A stretch of DNA of 64,000 nt from positions 18,910,001 to 18,974,000 of the forward strand of contig OX597835.1 in NCBI GenBank assembly GCA_951406725.2, in the 5' to 3' direction. The position numbers were made by a program, and so were the translations under genes. This document shows positions 26,263-39,684 of the stretch, piece after piece (within the stretch, counting starts at the first letter, position 1; the number at the start of each line of letters is the position of its first letter). The stretch comes from Octopus vulgaris. Lineage: Eukaryota. Below the pieces are notes generated by a model. The model worked only from the letters and a program-made list of their open reading frames with translations, made no database searches and was not told where the DNA came from.

Positions 26263-26441
26263 ATACTTCTATATTACCGATCAACAACAAAATACGCCAG
26301 CAATGAAAATACAGTAGTTCAGTGTCCCATAGGATATAACCAGGTAACTATGTGCTAATCCACTTGTGATTTTATGCTGAGGCCTCTATACTTTACAAAT
26401 ATTATATTCTTCTCCCCTCAGCAACACCATATTAACGCAGT

Positions 26442-26645
26442 GAGGTGACAGAACCGTTAGCTCGCCGAACGAAATGCGTAGCACATTTCGTCCGTCTTCA
26501 CCCTGCGAATGCAAATTTCGCCGAGGTCAGCTTTTGTATCCTTTCGGGGTCGACAAAATAGGTGCCAGTTGATCACTGGGCTCGATGTAATTGACTAACC
26601 CCTTTCCTTGAAATTGCTGATCTTGTGCTAAAGTTTGAAAACAAT
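26442..26645 (+). mobile_element. Family-C SINE
   Basis: GACAGAACCGTTAGC.CGCCG..CGAAATGCGTAGC..ATTTCGTC...GAGGTC...CCTTTCGGGGTCGA. Homologues at 49345-49570 (-) and 34486-34670 (+). Confidence 0.7.
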
Positions 26646-27229
26646 ATTATAAGCTGAATAAAACCATTTCCACGTTATTCACCAGACACCAAGTCCTGAA
26701 AGCTTTAATTCACCAGAAAAAAACAATCCCCTCTCAGTGGCAATAGTTATTCATTGCATTACATTTTGATTATTGGACAAAAACCAAAAAATAAGAAAAA
26801 GACATTTCTCTACCTATAAAATAAATTTAGATTTTCACTCGATATTGAAATGTAACAATGCCCTACGTGCGACTCTACACTTGTAAGGTGTTGGCAGACA
26901 AAATAATCTAGAAATTCTCTATACGGTACATTCTTTGGACACTGGTGATGTCTCATTGTTACAACTGTTCTACAAAATGTGTTAAAACTACACGAAATGC
27001 AATTTTCCATAGGTAGACATTATTTCGGAATTAATAAACTTCTACTAAACAAGAGATCTGAAAGAGGGCTGCGATTCGATAATACTCAATATTATCGCTT
27101 AGCATTATGCTTTGCTATTATATTTACACCTTCTACGGATATAAGTTGATGAGCCTGAGGACAATTATTTCTTGCCTTCCTTTGCGCGTGGGCTGTAGTT
27201 CTACGTTCTTTTGCTGCTTATATATGTAA

Positions 27230-27270
<41 letters not shown>

Positions 27271-27568
27271 TCTATGTGATATATATGTATGCATGAATAC
27301 ATATAGATATCTTCACACAAACACACACACACACTAGTATATCTATCTATCTATCTATCTTTCTATCTATCTATTTATCTTCCTTTCTATCTATAGATGT
27401 ATGTGTGTGTGTGTATGTATATGCATATTGATTTCTGTCGATTCACCTAGAAGAGATGAATTACAATAGTCAGCACGAATTATTGAGTGTTCTTCAATAC
27501 ATTACATTATAACCGAAAGGGTCATTCCACACACACACACACACATATATATATACATATATACATAC

Positions 27569-27623
<55 letters not shown>

Positions 27624-27682
27624 CATATATATGTATATATGTATGTATGTATGTATTGTATATATGCTCGTCACGTTTGTAC

Positions 27683-27820
27683 GTATGTTTTCAGTGTTCC
27701 CCTATATGCGCGTGACTGCGCATGCGGGCACGTCTATCTGCAAATGACACGTCGTTACAAGTTCCTCCTCCGGCGAGCACTTGGATAAAATATCATGTAA
27801 TAATAGTTATCAATAATATA
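27683..27820 (+). repeat. Source copy of a 138-bp local duplication (second copy 28805-28942, inside a SINE)
   Basis: GTATGTTTTCAGTGTTCCCCTATATGCGCGTGACTGCG...TAATAATAGTTATCA is present at both sites. Confidence 0.92.
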
Positions 27821-28214
27821 TTTGCGACTTCCACGAGGGCAATTAAAATTTATAAATCACATTCATGGCTTGTAACAGCCTGTCTAGATTTATGCCTGAT
27901 ATATTGTTACACAGAATGTACATTATTGGTTTTGTTTATATATGCATGAATTTATCTAATAAATTATTAGCTAGAGTTTATCTCGAGGTTCATACATAAT
28001 CCATATATTTAATGTAACATTTATTAGAAACTATCATCTTTTCATCTGTTTTATGTTGATAATGCATTTGATTGCAATAATTGAACTCTATATCTTTTAT
28101 AGTTCTTCAAGCAATCTATTATGTTGTGATTGGTTATTGAATCATATTTTTGAACTCATACACAACACATAAAAAAAAAATAGACACAGCTACGTGAATG
28201 TACATATACATATA

Positions 28215-28343
<129 letters not shown>

Positions 28344-28696
28344 GTATATGTATATGTATGTAATCGTTAATCTGTCGGATAGCCTACCGAGTAAGGTATG
28401 ATACGATATGAGAAAATAAAATATGAGATAATTGTTTATTCACCCAGTTATAATGTGTGTACAGTTACAATATTTTATGAGATAATAGGTATATTGAGAA
28501 CTATAAGAAAATAAATTAACAAATGCAAAATTAGTAAAACAAATAGTGAAGAAAGGATATTTCACATTTATGAATACGTCTGGCAGATCGCAAAGAATTG
28601 TTGTTGTTGTTATTTCAATAGTTTATTCGTGATGATGTGAGCTTAGGACTATACCATTAGGACAGCGTGGGAGAAGAATTTCGGTAAGTCTATTTT

Positions 28697-29143
28697 TTTT
28701 ATTTAGCGCCCTTTTCAAGCCTAGCCAGGCTCATGAGCCTGGTTCCCCGTTCTCTGTGGCGTATGTGTTCCCCCCAGCTGGACGGGACGCCAATCCATCG
28801 CAGTGTATGTTTTCAGTGTTCCCCTATATGCGCGTGACTGCGAATGCGGGCACGTGTATCTGCAAATGACACATCGTTACACGTTCCTCCTCCGGCAAGC
28901 ACTTGGATAAAATATCATGTAATAATAGTTATCAGTAATATATAATATAATGAACAGGAAAAGAGAGTGAAAGTTGGGGCTAAAGTGTACAACAGTGGTC
29001 GCCAACCACCCCCCTGTAGGAGCTTCGTGGAGCTTTAGGTGTTTTTGCTCAATAAACGTACACAACGCCCGGTTTTGGAATCGAAATCGCGATCCTCCGA
29101 CCGCGAATCAGCTGCACTAACCACTGCGCCATTGCGCCTCCAC
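28697..29143 (-). mobile_element. tRNA-SINE (B-type head, CTGCGATGGATTGGCGTCCCGTCCAG body, A-rich tail), interrupted by the local duplicate
   Basis: Head GTGGAGGCGCAATGGCGCAGTGGTTAG at 29143; the tail resembles that of 29568-29846. Confidence 0.8.
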
Positions 29144-29331
29144 GAAGTTTCCGTACGCTCAATCGATGGAGAAGGGATCGGGCCGTCGCCGAGCGGTGGT
29201 TCACTCTCTGGTGCGAAACGCACGGTGCAGGTCGAGCGCCTTTGCGGGAGCCGACGCAGCCGATGCGCGACCCTTAGTCGAGAACAGTGTCGGTCAGGGA
29301 GTCTGACTGGGGCAGTACGCCTATCAAACGG
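29144..29331 (+). pseudogene. 28S rRNA fragment (retro-copied)
   Basis: GACCC...ACAGTGTCGGTCAGGGAGTCTGACTGGGGCAGTACGCCTATCAAACGG matches the conserved eukaryotic LSU sequence GACAGTGCCAGGTGGGGAGTTTGACTGGGGCGGTACACCTGTCAAACGG. It is preceded by a GC-rich expansion-segment-like stretch. Confidence 0.8.
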
Positions 29332-29567
29332 AAGTCTATTTTAGTCAATGACAAATAACAGAGTTTAGAAAAACGGATTATTGACTTTGTGTTTTACTTA
29401 AGAGATGTCTTAAGAGATGTCTTGAAACTGGGACTACATCATCCCAATATTAGGTTTGTTAAAGATGATGACACGCGTTGTTATGGAACCGTGGCTGCTG
29501 CATCTGGCTGCGCCTATACGTGTAAAGGTTGTCGCTTTGTGTTTTTTACTGAGGTTTTCTTTAACCA

Positions 29568-29846
29568 CGTGGAGGCACATGGCCTAGTGGTTAGAGCAGC
29601 GAACTCGCGGTCGAGGGATCGCGGGTTCGAATCTCAGGCCGTGTGATGTGTGTGTTTATGAGCGAAACACATAAGCTCCACGCAGCTACGACAGAAGGTA
29701 ATGGCGAACTTCTGCTGACTCTTTCGCCACAACTTTCTCTCACTTTTTCCTCCTGCATTTGCAGTTCACCTGCGACGGACCGGCGTCCCATTCAAGTGGG
29801 GAAACCGGCCCTATGAGCCAGGCATGGCTCGAGAAGGAACAAACAA
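29568..29846 (+). mobile_element. tRNA-SINE with 11-bp TSD
   Basis: A box TGGCCTAGTGG, B box GGTTCGAATC. TSD TTCTTTAACCA at 29557-29567 and 29847-29857. Confidence 0.9.
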
Positions 29847-31401
29847 TTCTTTAACCAGCTGTCCTAATATCGAATCTGCTTCATCTGCGTATGCTCTCTC
29901 ATGTATCGAAATATATCTAGGATTATATTATCGCAATTGTCCTGCGATAATGTTAAAGAACGGTTGCGAGGGATGTTGGTATTTCCAGCAGGTAGAATGA
30001 AATCTCTCCTTGCTTGTGCATTGTGCGGTATATCTAAGAATTGCTGCAATGATATGATATGAATATCTGGCCGTAGAAACCATGATAGCAATGGACGATA
30101 TATTTCTTATTATCCTATGTTTCTGATGCTGACGTTCGTTATTGGTAAGATTAACTAATGGTATGTAAATATGAGATGAAATTTGCTGTAACACAGAATT
30201 GCTCTTCTCTTTAGAGATTTATAACCGTATTGGTTTGGGAGGACTCTGATGATATATTCATGAAGAGCTACCTTTTAAGAACGAAAATGATGAAGGGTTT
30301 TAAGATTATACGTACAGTTTAGTTCGTAATAAACAAACGTATTCCGGTGTGTAGAGGTGTTCCTTTAGGCAATTTTCATTCTCTGAAATAAATTAGGACG
30401 CAAGTGTTTTGCTTGCTTGTATAGAATTTACATACACTGGACAATGTTACAATATATTTCAGAAGACGTGTTTTATCATAAAAGTGCGATGACTAAGAAT
30501 TCTTCTGTCTACTTTAGACTGTATATATACACACATACTTATATGCCTGTATTCTATTAGACTATGTAGATAATTTAAATTATTTCTTTCTAATTTTTAG
30601 TCTATTTTAAGTAAACCTACTTATAGAAAATTAGTTAATCAAACTTCTTAGTTCTTTTATATACTACTGATAAATTTTGATAATCCCAAACCTATAATAT
30701 AACGGTTTCATTATGAAAAATAACTCTATTTCCTTTCTTCTGACCTCTTACTGTATTCTCATAACTTGGCAATGTATTAATAGTAACATTAATAAATAAA
30801 GAAATAAATTAAATGACCTCCGTTCGAATATTGCACTAAATACGCTAAGATGTTTTCCTATAGAAACAACCTTTGACCTCCCCTTTTCACCTTCCCATTT
30901 CCTCTTTATATAGCAATTAGCAACAGTAGGTGGTCAAATTTAACATTCCTCCTTTAAGCTCTGTGGTTCTTGCAGATTTCTATACCGGTCAGCAGTTCGT
31001 CTCCACTATAAGACTGTCGCTACGCTTCACTGAACCTCCTACAACCCCCTCGGATTCTAACATAGCACAATGTATCCAAAATATCTTCACACAGCTTGAA
31101 TCACACTTTACTATGAACTATATATGGATAAATACATATTCTGTGAGTACGGTACCTCTCATCATATCTCCAGAAATCAAACTTTCTTCAATATGGATAA
31201 ACTCACATCCCCACTTTCATCTTCACTTTCTGGAAAACTAAGAGGTTTTGAAAAAAATTTTTAACTTTATATATGACTGTGCAAAACTAAAAGAACTTTT
31301 AGAAATCAATTTGTTAACTAAATCTCATTTTTATAGAACTTTCCATGATGTTTCACGAGTGTAACATTACCCCCTTTGATGTTTGGGGATCTCAGATGTT
31401 C

Positions 31402-31489
31402 TTTCGGCTGATGAGTACGGGTCACCTATATTACTGCAATTTTTGTAGCCTTATTAAAGATGTCTTCGTACGAAACAATTGTACCGAAA
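31402..31489 (+). ncRNA. Apparently intact type I hammerhead ribozyme
   Basis: TTTCGG-CTGATGA-GTACGG...TCGTAC-GAAA-CAATTG-TA-CCGAAA. Perfect 6-bp helix I, canonical core, 6-bp helix II, palindromic ACAATTGT helix III; predicted cleavage after A31483. A distal GGATC/GATCC pair (31387-31391/31494-31498) extends helix I. Confidence 0.85.
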
Positions 31490-31526
31490 TATTGATCCAT
31501 TCTTGTTGCTTTTTTCCTATATATAT

Positions 31527-31739
31527 AGTTAATCCAAACATGAAACCACAAAGAGAAAACACAACAACGCGAGTACGTGGAACAAGTATAGCATTATAGG
31601 ACGCTCAGGAAAGAAGGAAAGAAGCAGGGTTTAACGTTTCGAGCGGAGCTCTTCGTCAGAAACATAGGAAAAAGAAAGATTGAAAGAAGAGATGGCGGAG
31701 GGAAAAAAATCACCAACGGTACACACGCGGTCACATTTT

Positions 31740-31742
<3 letters not shown>
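31527..31742 (-). mobile_element. Second H1 element, with minimal HHR at 31629-31663
   Basis: Reverse-complement homologue of 3581-3795. GTTT-CTGACGA-A-GAGC tcc GCTC-GAAA-CG-TT-AAAC; (TA)n on both sides. Confidence 0.8.
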
Positions 31743-31830
<88 letters not shown>

Positions 31831-32038
31831 TAAATCTGTATCTATCTGAGTGTCTGCATGAAAGCGCGTGACTTAGTGGATATACATTTCCACTCAAGTC
31901 CACAAGATCGTGGTTTAGATTTCCTGACGTGTAGTACCTTGTGTTCTTCATTACACATTCCTCAAATAACCCTGTGACAAACTGACGTGCCGTCTAGAGG
32001 GTATGTTGTCCTGACCACCTAGTGAAAGGGGAAATATA

Positions 32039-33075
32039 ATGCAAAAAGCAACATTCGTAAGCTGAGGAATGAGATGGGGCACGGTGGAGGTGAGGTTTGC
32101 AACAAAAGAAGAAGCGGCCTCACACTCCGCAGATATCCTGAGATCGGAAAATGTGGTGCTCTTACCTACGTATATGGAAAGGCGCCGCCACGACCGGGTC
32201 AAGATAGCAAAGGTGCCATCTGATATAAAGACGGAGTGGTTGATAGCAGCCATCATAAAGATCACCGAAGATTGGTCAGATCTCACAGAGGTTGGAAGAA
32301 CAGACATGCTCAATTGTTGGGGAAGCGGAGTTGAGATGTGGCTCTGCGCCACATTTGAAGATATAGAGAGGCTTCCCTAGCAAATAGAGATTGAAGGGGA
32401 AAATTCCTTGAATGTGATAGTAGAGGGTCGCAGACCCAATTGCTACCTCTGCGGTGAAAGGGGACCTATAAAATTGAAGTGCCCGCAATATAAAAATAAA
32501 CAGAACGAGCCGATACAGTGTGAGAAAGAGGTGACAGAGGGAGAAATGGAGAGGCAAGGAAGGATGGAGAGAGAAATAGAAAAGATAATAACTAAGAACT
32601 GTGAGTAAGAGAAGGAAGAGATAGAGAAAGAAAGAAAAGCGACAAATGAGGGAGCGATGGAATCGTCAGCCCCAAGAGAAGGAAGAAGGCAAATTCAAGG
32701 CAAGTGTTACAGAAAGCGACAGCAGAAGCATAGAAGACGTACATAAAGGATATAGAGCTGCCTGAAACACAAGAATTAGAGAAAAGACCAGAAGGTGCAA
32801 AGACCAGTGAGTTTAAAAGTGAGCATAAAGGAGTACTGATTTTTTAGAGGAAATCAACAGAGGTAGAGAAGAAAATATCAAAGTGGAAAAAATTTGGTGA
32901 GAGTGAAACTGCCTAAGGAGAGGTTTGCTGAGGAGGAAAGGTGTGTGATGGTGAGTGAGTCGGTGAGCAACGAACTGTGGAGACATTACAGAGAGTTCAT
33001 AGCATGATTTGGATGGGCCGGTGTACTATAATGGAAAGCCGCCGGTTGTGGACTTTACAAGACTGGAAAATTTAA
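32039..33075 (+). pseudogene. Decayed non-LTR ORF1 (RRM-like region + CCHC zinc knuckle)
   Basis: ORFs 32069-32380 and 32408-32608 share a frame across one TAG. TVEVRF, RVKIAKVP and VEGRRPNCYLCGERG(P)IKLKC (Cx2Cx4Hx4C with H lost) are followed by an acidic/basic low-complexity tail. Confidence 0.65.
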
Positions 33076-33282
33076 AGAAATAAGTAACAAATTTAGAATA
33101 AATATTTTGGTGGACAAAAATGTGAACTATTTCTGTTCAGAAGAAAATTGTGAATTTTTCGAGAATGTGTTGTGAAAAAGAATGAAAAAAATACGGGAAA
33201 ATATCTGTGTAAATGTAACCACTCGACTTCGAGGATCGAGTGGGCGTTTCGCCTCATTGCATCATCTTTTTCATAATTCATA

Positions 33283-33498
33283 TACTCTTTTTTACTCTTT
33301 TACTTGTTTCAGTCATTTGACTGCGGCCATGCTGGAGCACCGCCTTTAGTCGAGCAACTCGAACCCGGGACTTATTCTTTTTGTAAACCCAGTACTTATT
33401 CTATCGGTCTCTTTTTGCCGAACCGCTAAGTGACGGGGACGTAAACACACCAGCATCGGTTGTCAAGCAATGCTAGGGGAAGAAACACAGACACACAA

Positions 33499-33543
<45 letters not shown>

Positions 33544-33708
33544 TACGACAGGCTTCTTTCAGTTTCCGTCTACCAAATCCACTCACAAGGCATTGGTCGG
33601 GCCGGGGCTATAGCAGAAGACACTTGCCCAAGATGCCACGCAGTGGGATTGCACCCGGAACCATGTGGTTGGTTAGCAAGCTACTTACCACACAGCCACT
33701 CCTGCGCT
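33283..33708 (-). mobile_element. Full-length family-A SINE
   Basis: Near-identical to 12340-12752. Confidence 0.92.
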
Positions 33709-33943
33709 TTTGGTGGTACTTCTTTTCTCAAATGCCTATCTTTATTTTTAGTTCCCCGATTTTATGTTGTGTCTCGTTGTGTATTGTCTGTTCGTGTTGT
33801 ATTTGTCTTAAAGATTTCGATGTACACCTGTTAGTAGGTAATAAAAAAACGAAAATATTTTGGCAAATTAAATTTAAATGTTGAAGTGAATCTAACGGTT
33901 TTTGTGTGTTTCTTAAATGACTTATAAGCCCCTTCCACGCTTC

Positions 33944-34003
<60 letters not shown>

Positions 34004-34485
34004 CAATTGAAAGACAGAGGATGTGTGTGTCTGAGCGCGCGTGTGTGTGTGTGTGTGTGTAAATGCAAAAGTTTTAAAGTTAAAATAAGTGAATATATGC
34101 TGTTCCTAAGAAAAATATTGTTTGATATATTTCAGTATAATTCTTATTAAATTTAATCTTCTTCAAACAAAAAATAATATTAAAAAAAATAATTTCTACT
34201 ACTTTACTTCTTTGCTTAAAACATTTCTGTGTTAAAATGCAGAACATTGATTCTTGGCTTTTGTCTGTATCTACATATCTAGATATATTCAGATTTGCAG
34301 TAAAAAAAATAATAATGTTTCTTTTTTTGTGAAAAGTTCTTCATCAGTATTCGAGACAGGAAAATCCTTTAGTTACAAACACACCTATAGTCGCTATTTT
34401 TTCTACATTACAAAGCTACACTTCTTTAGTGATACTAATTCTAAACTTCAGTTACGTTTTCATGTCTATTTATGCTTCAAACAAA

Positions 34486-34670
34486 GCGGAGAGCTGGCAG
34501 AATCTTTGACTCAACCAACAAAATAATTACTGGTATTTCTTCTGCCTTTCTGTTCTACGTTCAAATTCCATAAAGGTCAACTTTGTCTTTTATCTTTTCA
34601 GTGTCAAAAACATCAGAACTAGTTAAGTCCGGCGATCGGTGTAGTCGTCTTCCTTCCCCAACACATAAAC
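34486..34670 (+). mobile_element. Old family-C SINE
   Basis: GCGGAGAGCTGGCAGAATC...GGTATTTC..TTCAAATTCC...AGGTCAACTTTG is colinear with the other C copies. Confidence 0.5.
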
Positions 34671-36159
34671 TTCAAGCAAGTTAATTGTTCTACATTCGTG
34701 ATTAATTCAAAAATATTTCACACAAGCACTAATTTTCAATGTGTATAGGGTGACTAAGATTATCTGAAACTTTATCAGTACATTCTGTGTAATCATTTGC
34801 AGCTAGTATATACGAGAGAAATATTCGCACATTAAACTATAAAATTTAGATAAAAAAATAGAAAAATATGACAAAATCAACAGAAATATCTACATCAATA
34901 TTTAAAGTGATGCACAGAGTCACTATGAAACAAGTTACATAAACTCGCTAACAGATTATCGTTGTGATTTGTAATTAATAGTTGTATAGGTCTCTAGATA
35001 ATGAAGTGGAGAATTGGCCTTTATCGTGATGATGGTTTTTGCTGCATCAATCGATACGTAGTATTTATACCATATAAGATATATTATTATTAATATTATA
35101 TTATAAAAGAGGAACAGTATAACGATTTCATACTTAATTGATACAAGTTCAGAAATTACGAATTATCTTCTGTTGTTAGCAAAGTAATGCAGGTAGAATT
35201 CAATTTGAATATTTCCCGATGTTTGTCAACAGAATAAAACCCCACTTGCTGGAAATAACTAATATCAAATATATATCTTAATGCATTATATCTAGTTATA
35301 ACATCTTGTATAACACGTTCACTTTCTTCGCATAGAGGGCAAGAGACATTTACATTGAAACTAGCAAAGTGAATCTTCTTGTTCAATTGAATACATAAAT
35401 GTCATGTAATCCATTGTTTTAAAGGAACACCATTTTACGTAGATACACATCTAGATACACAATATCTAAAAACGGCAAAATTGTCACCACTTGCACGTCA
35501 TTAATAATATCTATGGCCGTACATGATTCAGATACGTCCACACATCTAAAACTGAATTCAGAGTGGAAATAATGAAATTACATTCCGGTTGCGGAGACGA
35601 GAGTGGTTAATTACATTTAGTGTTAAGGGCCAAAGTAAAGATATCACGGAGGGAAAAGTTAGTACACTTTCAATGACATCTGCAAACGGTTGTCAGAACA
35701 GCAGAGGTTAATGTGGTATACTTACAAGAAGCTGAATCTCATTACATGAAATGTGTACGTACGTGGTTATGTTTATATGTGTTGCTGTGCTTCGGCGTAC
35801 ACTTGCATGGCTTCTTTTATGTGTGTGTATGCAGTGATGTTTCTGTGAATGTTAAAGTGAGTTTGTGTATAAGTGTTCCATTTCTATTTAATATATAACA
35901 TATATATCTATACCCAAATGTGTTTACAACTATATAATCTCTGTGCAATCCTATTGTAATCCTCGGAAAAATTAATTTAATTGAATTGGGTGCATGCATA
36001 CTTAAAAGACACAAACACTCACACACAAACACATGCCGTGATATATACTTACATATATATACAGATATATATATGTATATATATATATATGTGTGTATAT
36101 ATGTGTGTATGTGTGTATATATACATATAAATGTGCATATGCTTATATGATTTATATAC

Positions 36160-36210
<51 letters not shown>

Positions 36211-36881
36211 ATATATGTGTGTGTGGGGTGTGTGTGTGTGTGTGTGTATGTGTGTGTGTGGGGTGTGTGTGTGTGTTTATAGTTGTCCATTATTAAGTGC
36301 TGAACTTTCACTGTGTGTGAGAGAAAACAAAGACAAGAATATCATATCTGCCGAGATAGAAAAATATAAAACCTACACATCTTCCAAATAGCCTCTACTA
36401 CCACCGTTTTCCTTCCACTCAATAATGCTTTAGATCACTTATTTCTATCTTCAATCAATCATCGATCAATTGTATACGGTATTGTAATTTCTTCCATGAT
36501 TCCTTACCCATTCCGAAGCATACTTTGACATTTATATTGATAACTTGCGGAATATCTCTGTATAAATTTTGACATTGAATTCTTACGTTTATCATTGTTT
36601 ATCAGTATTAACCCTATGAAAAGAAGATTGTCCGAAATGACCCTCGCTTCGTCCGTAGCACTAAGCCAATTCTGACACTACCGCCATACCAGAGTGATCA
36701 TATAATACTTGAAAATGACGGTCAATATCAGTTTAATGTATGGATGGCAATGTGAGGTTTTGCTATTTACTGTGAATTGGTTGGTCCAAAAGCCAGTGGC
36801 TGTATTTTTTAGAGAACACCCGCTGGAACAACGGAACAGGGTAACGCTATCTATCACTTCAACTTGCCATACATTACAGGT

Positions 36882-37273
36882 GTGGAGGCGCAATGGCCCA
36901 GTGGTTAGGGCAGCGGACTCGCGGTCGTAGGATCGCGGTTTCGATTCTCAGACCGGGCGTTGTGAGTGTTTATTGAGCGAAAGCACCTAAAGCTCCACGA
37001 GGCTCCGGCAGGGGATGGTGGTGATCCCTGCTGTACTCTTTCACCACAACTTTCTCTCACTCTTACTTCCTGTTTCTGTTGTACCTGTATTTCAAAGGGC
37101 CGGCCTTGTCACTCTCTGTGTCACGCTGAATATCCCCTAGAACTACGTTAAGGGTACACGTGTCTGTGGAGTGCTCAGCCACTTACACGTTAATTTCACG
37201 AGCAGGCTGTTCCGTTGATTCGGATCAACCGGAACCCTCATCGTCGTAACCGATGGAGTGCTTAAGAGAAGAG
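36882..37273 (+). mobile_element. Full-length family-B SINE with 11-bp TSD
   Basis: TSD ACATTACAGGT at 36871-36881 and 37274-37284; similar to the 18265 copy. Confidence 0.92.
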
Positions 37274-37728
37274 ACATTACAGGTAATTATCCTGTTAGAA
37301 AGTTGAGAACACTTTCGATAAATCGGTCCTAGAAAATGTTTAAATGACGGGAAGTTTGAGGCCGCTTGTTCTGGATAGATCCAAGAATTAGTGATCACAG
37401 CAACAAATAAAATGCTATGCGCCCAGTCAGAGTATTTTCTTTCAGGAATACACCCACCAGATTTGAAAAGGTCATTGCAGTGTACAGTAAATTTTCAGAG
37501 ATCGAATTTGACAATCTCAGGTATGATGAGTATCTCGTACAGATTTCATACAAAACAGATTGGGGAACTGAGAAAATCTGCCACTTGCGCTTTTTCTTTT
37601 AATATCCTCTATTGAACTGTTACAGCACAGTGTCAGTTTTTCCCACAACACTCTATATTCCGTTCTTTCTTTATCTCTTTCTTTCTCTCTCTCTTTCTAT
37701 CTAACTCCGTCTTTCATTTTATATAACA

Positions 37729-38126
37729 CTAGCAGTATCGCCCGGCGTTGCTCGGATTTGTAAGGGAAATAACTATATAAGCATTTTTAGAGAGTTATAG
37801 CCAAAAAATAGCAAAAGTTGCATTAAAAATGGAAACAAAATGATGGTAAATTTTTTTTTTAATCGTTGACTCATCGTAGACATTTTTAGAGAGTTACTTC
37901 CCTTATATAATAGCAGAAAAAATGCATTAAAATGGAAAAAAAATGATGGTAATTTTTTTTTAAATCGTAGACTCATCGTAGACGCGTGCTAATACCCAGA
38001 AGGGCTCGATATGAATCACGACTATAAGATACCCGGTTTTGGTTAAACTGCACCGCAAAATGTGGGTGTAGTTAGGAATCTAAATCGTAGGAGACGGACA
38101 CACAATTTCACTTTTATATATAAAGA
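37729..38126 (-). mobile_element. Non-autonomous Helitron
   Basis: Minus strand: A|TCTTTATATATAAA 5' end, subterminal hairpin CCGAGCAACGCCGG, CTAG|T 3' end (inserted between A and T, no TSD). Internal ~97-bp tandem repeat at ~37783-37985. Confidence 0.8.
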
Positions 38127-38228
38127 TAACGCTGTGATGGTACCTACGATCAGTCTATCTACATGTATAAATATATCTCTGAACCTATCTAGGAATTTAT
38201 CTATCAAACTTTTGGTATCTGCCATCGA

Positions 38229-38261
<33 letters not shown>

Positions 38262-38278
38262 CATCCATCCATCCATCC

Positions 38279-38341
<63 letters not shown>

Positions 38342-38395
38342 CATCCATCCATCTATCTATCTATCTATTAATCTATCTATCTATCTACCTATTTA

Positions 38396-38460
<65 letters not shown>

Positions 38461-38519
38461 TTTCCTTCTGTCTCTCTGTGTATCTATCTATCTATCTATT
38501 ACCCTGTTTATTTATTTAC

Positions 38520-38616
<97 letters not shown>

Positions 38617-38938
38617 GAACCATGTATCCATACATCTGACAATTACACATCATTATTGAATTTATGTTTGTGTTTAAACAATCTGAACAACTTTCTCTCT
38701 CACTTTCTTTCTCTCGCACTTTCTCTCGCACTCAATTTATCTATCAATCTAACTTAGATAGCTGCCTGGTGATATATTAACCTTTTGCATTTCCTTTTGA
38801 TCTTATAATAAGTGTTTCTTAAATATTTAAAAGCAGTTTAGATGTGTCACAGATATAATGAATATCGAAAACAATTAGAGCGTGTCGTGTACATTTTCGA
38901 AACCATATAATTTGATTCAGCTGTTCTATGGCAAAGAA

Positions 38939-39060
<122 letters not shown>

Positions 39061-39061
39061 T

Positions 39062-39092
<31 letters not shown>

Positions 39093-39564
39093 TTCCGTAT
39101 ATTGATCGGTCAGTTCCTGTTAATTCTATAGCGTTATCAGTAGGAATTTCTTTACAGGACTTTTCGGCTGATTGTAATCCCTGTCGGTACAACCAACTTT
39201 AACTACAGCATTGGAGCATTTTAGCTCTTATTTCTAGCAATGTCGGTGTTCTGAGACCCTAGTCATATATATTGACAATTATATTTTTCTTCCTTGGTAA
39301 AACATTGCATACTGCTGTCTATATTATTTTTTGTATACACATTTGCGAGGCGCTAAATCATTCGTAGAATTCCATGGCGAATACATCTGTACTGACAGAG
39401 AATTAAGTCCGGAATCAGCCGCATCGACCGGCCCCTACTGAAGGGGCAACAGAATTAGCACACAATGACCGAACGTTGTAGGGAGTTCCTCAACTGGTCT
39501 TTCGGGCGGTTAAAGTGCTTATCAGTACATATGCATAGAATTATGTGGTGCAATGTGTCACCAA

Positions 39565-39608
<44 letters not shown>

Positions 39609-39623
39609 TTGTGTGCGTGTGTT

Positions 39624-39681
<58 letters not shown>

Positions 39682-39684
<3 letters not shown>

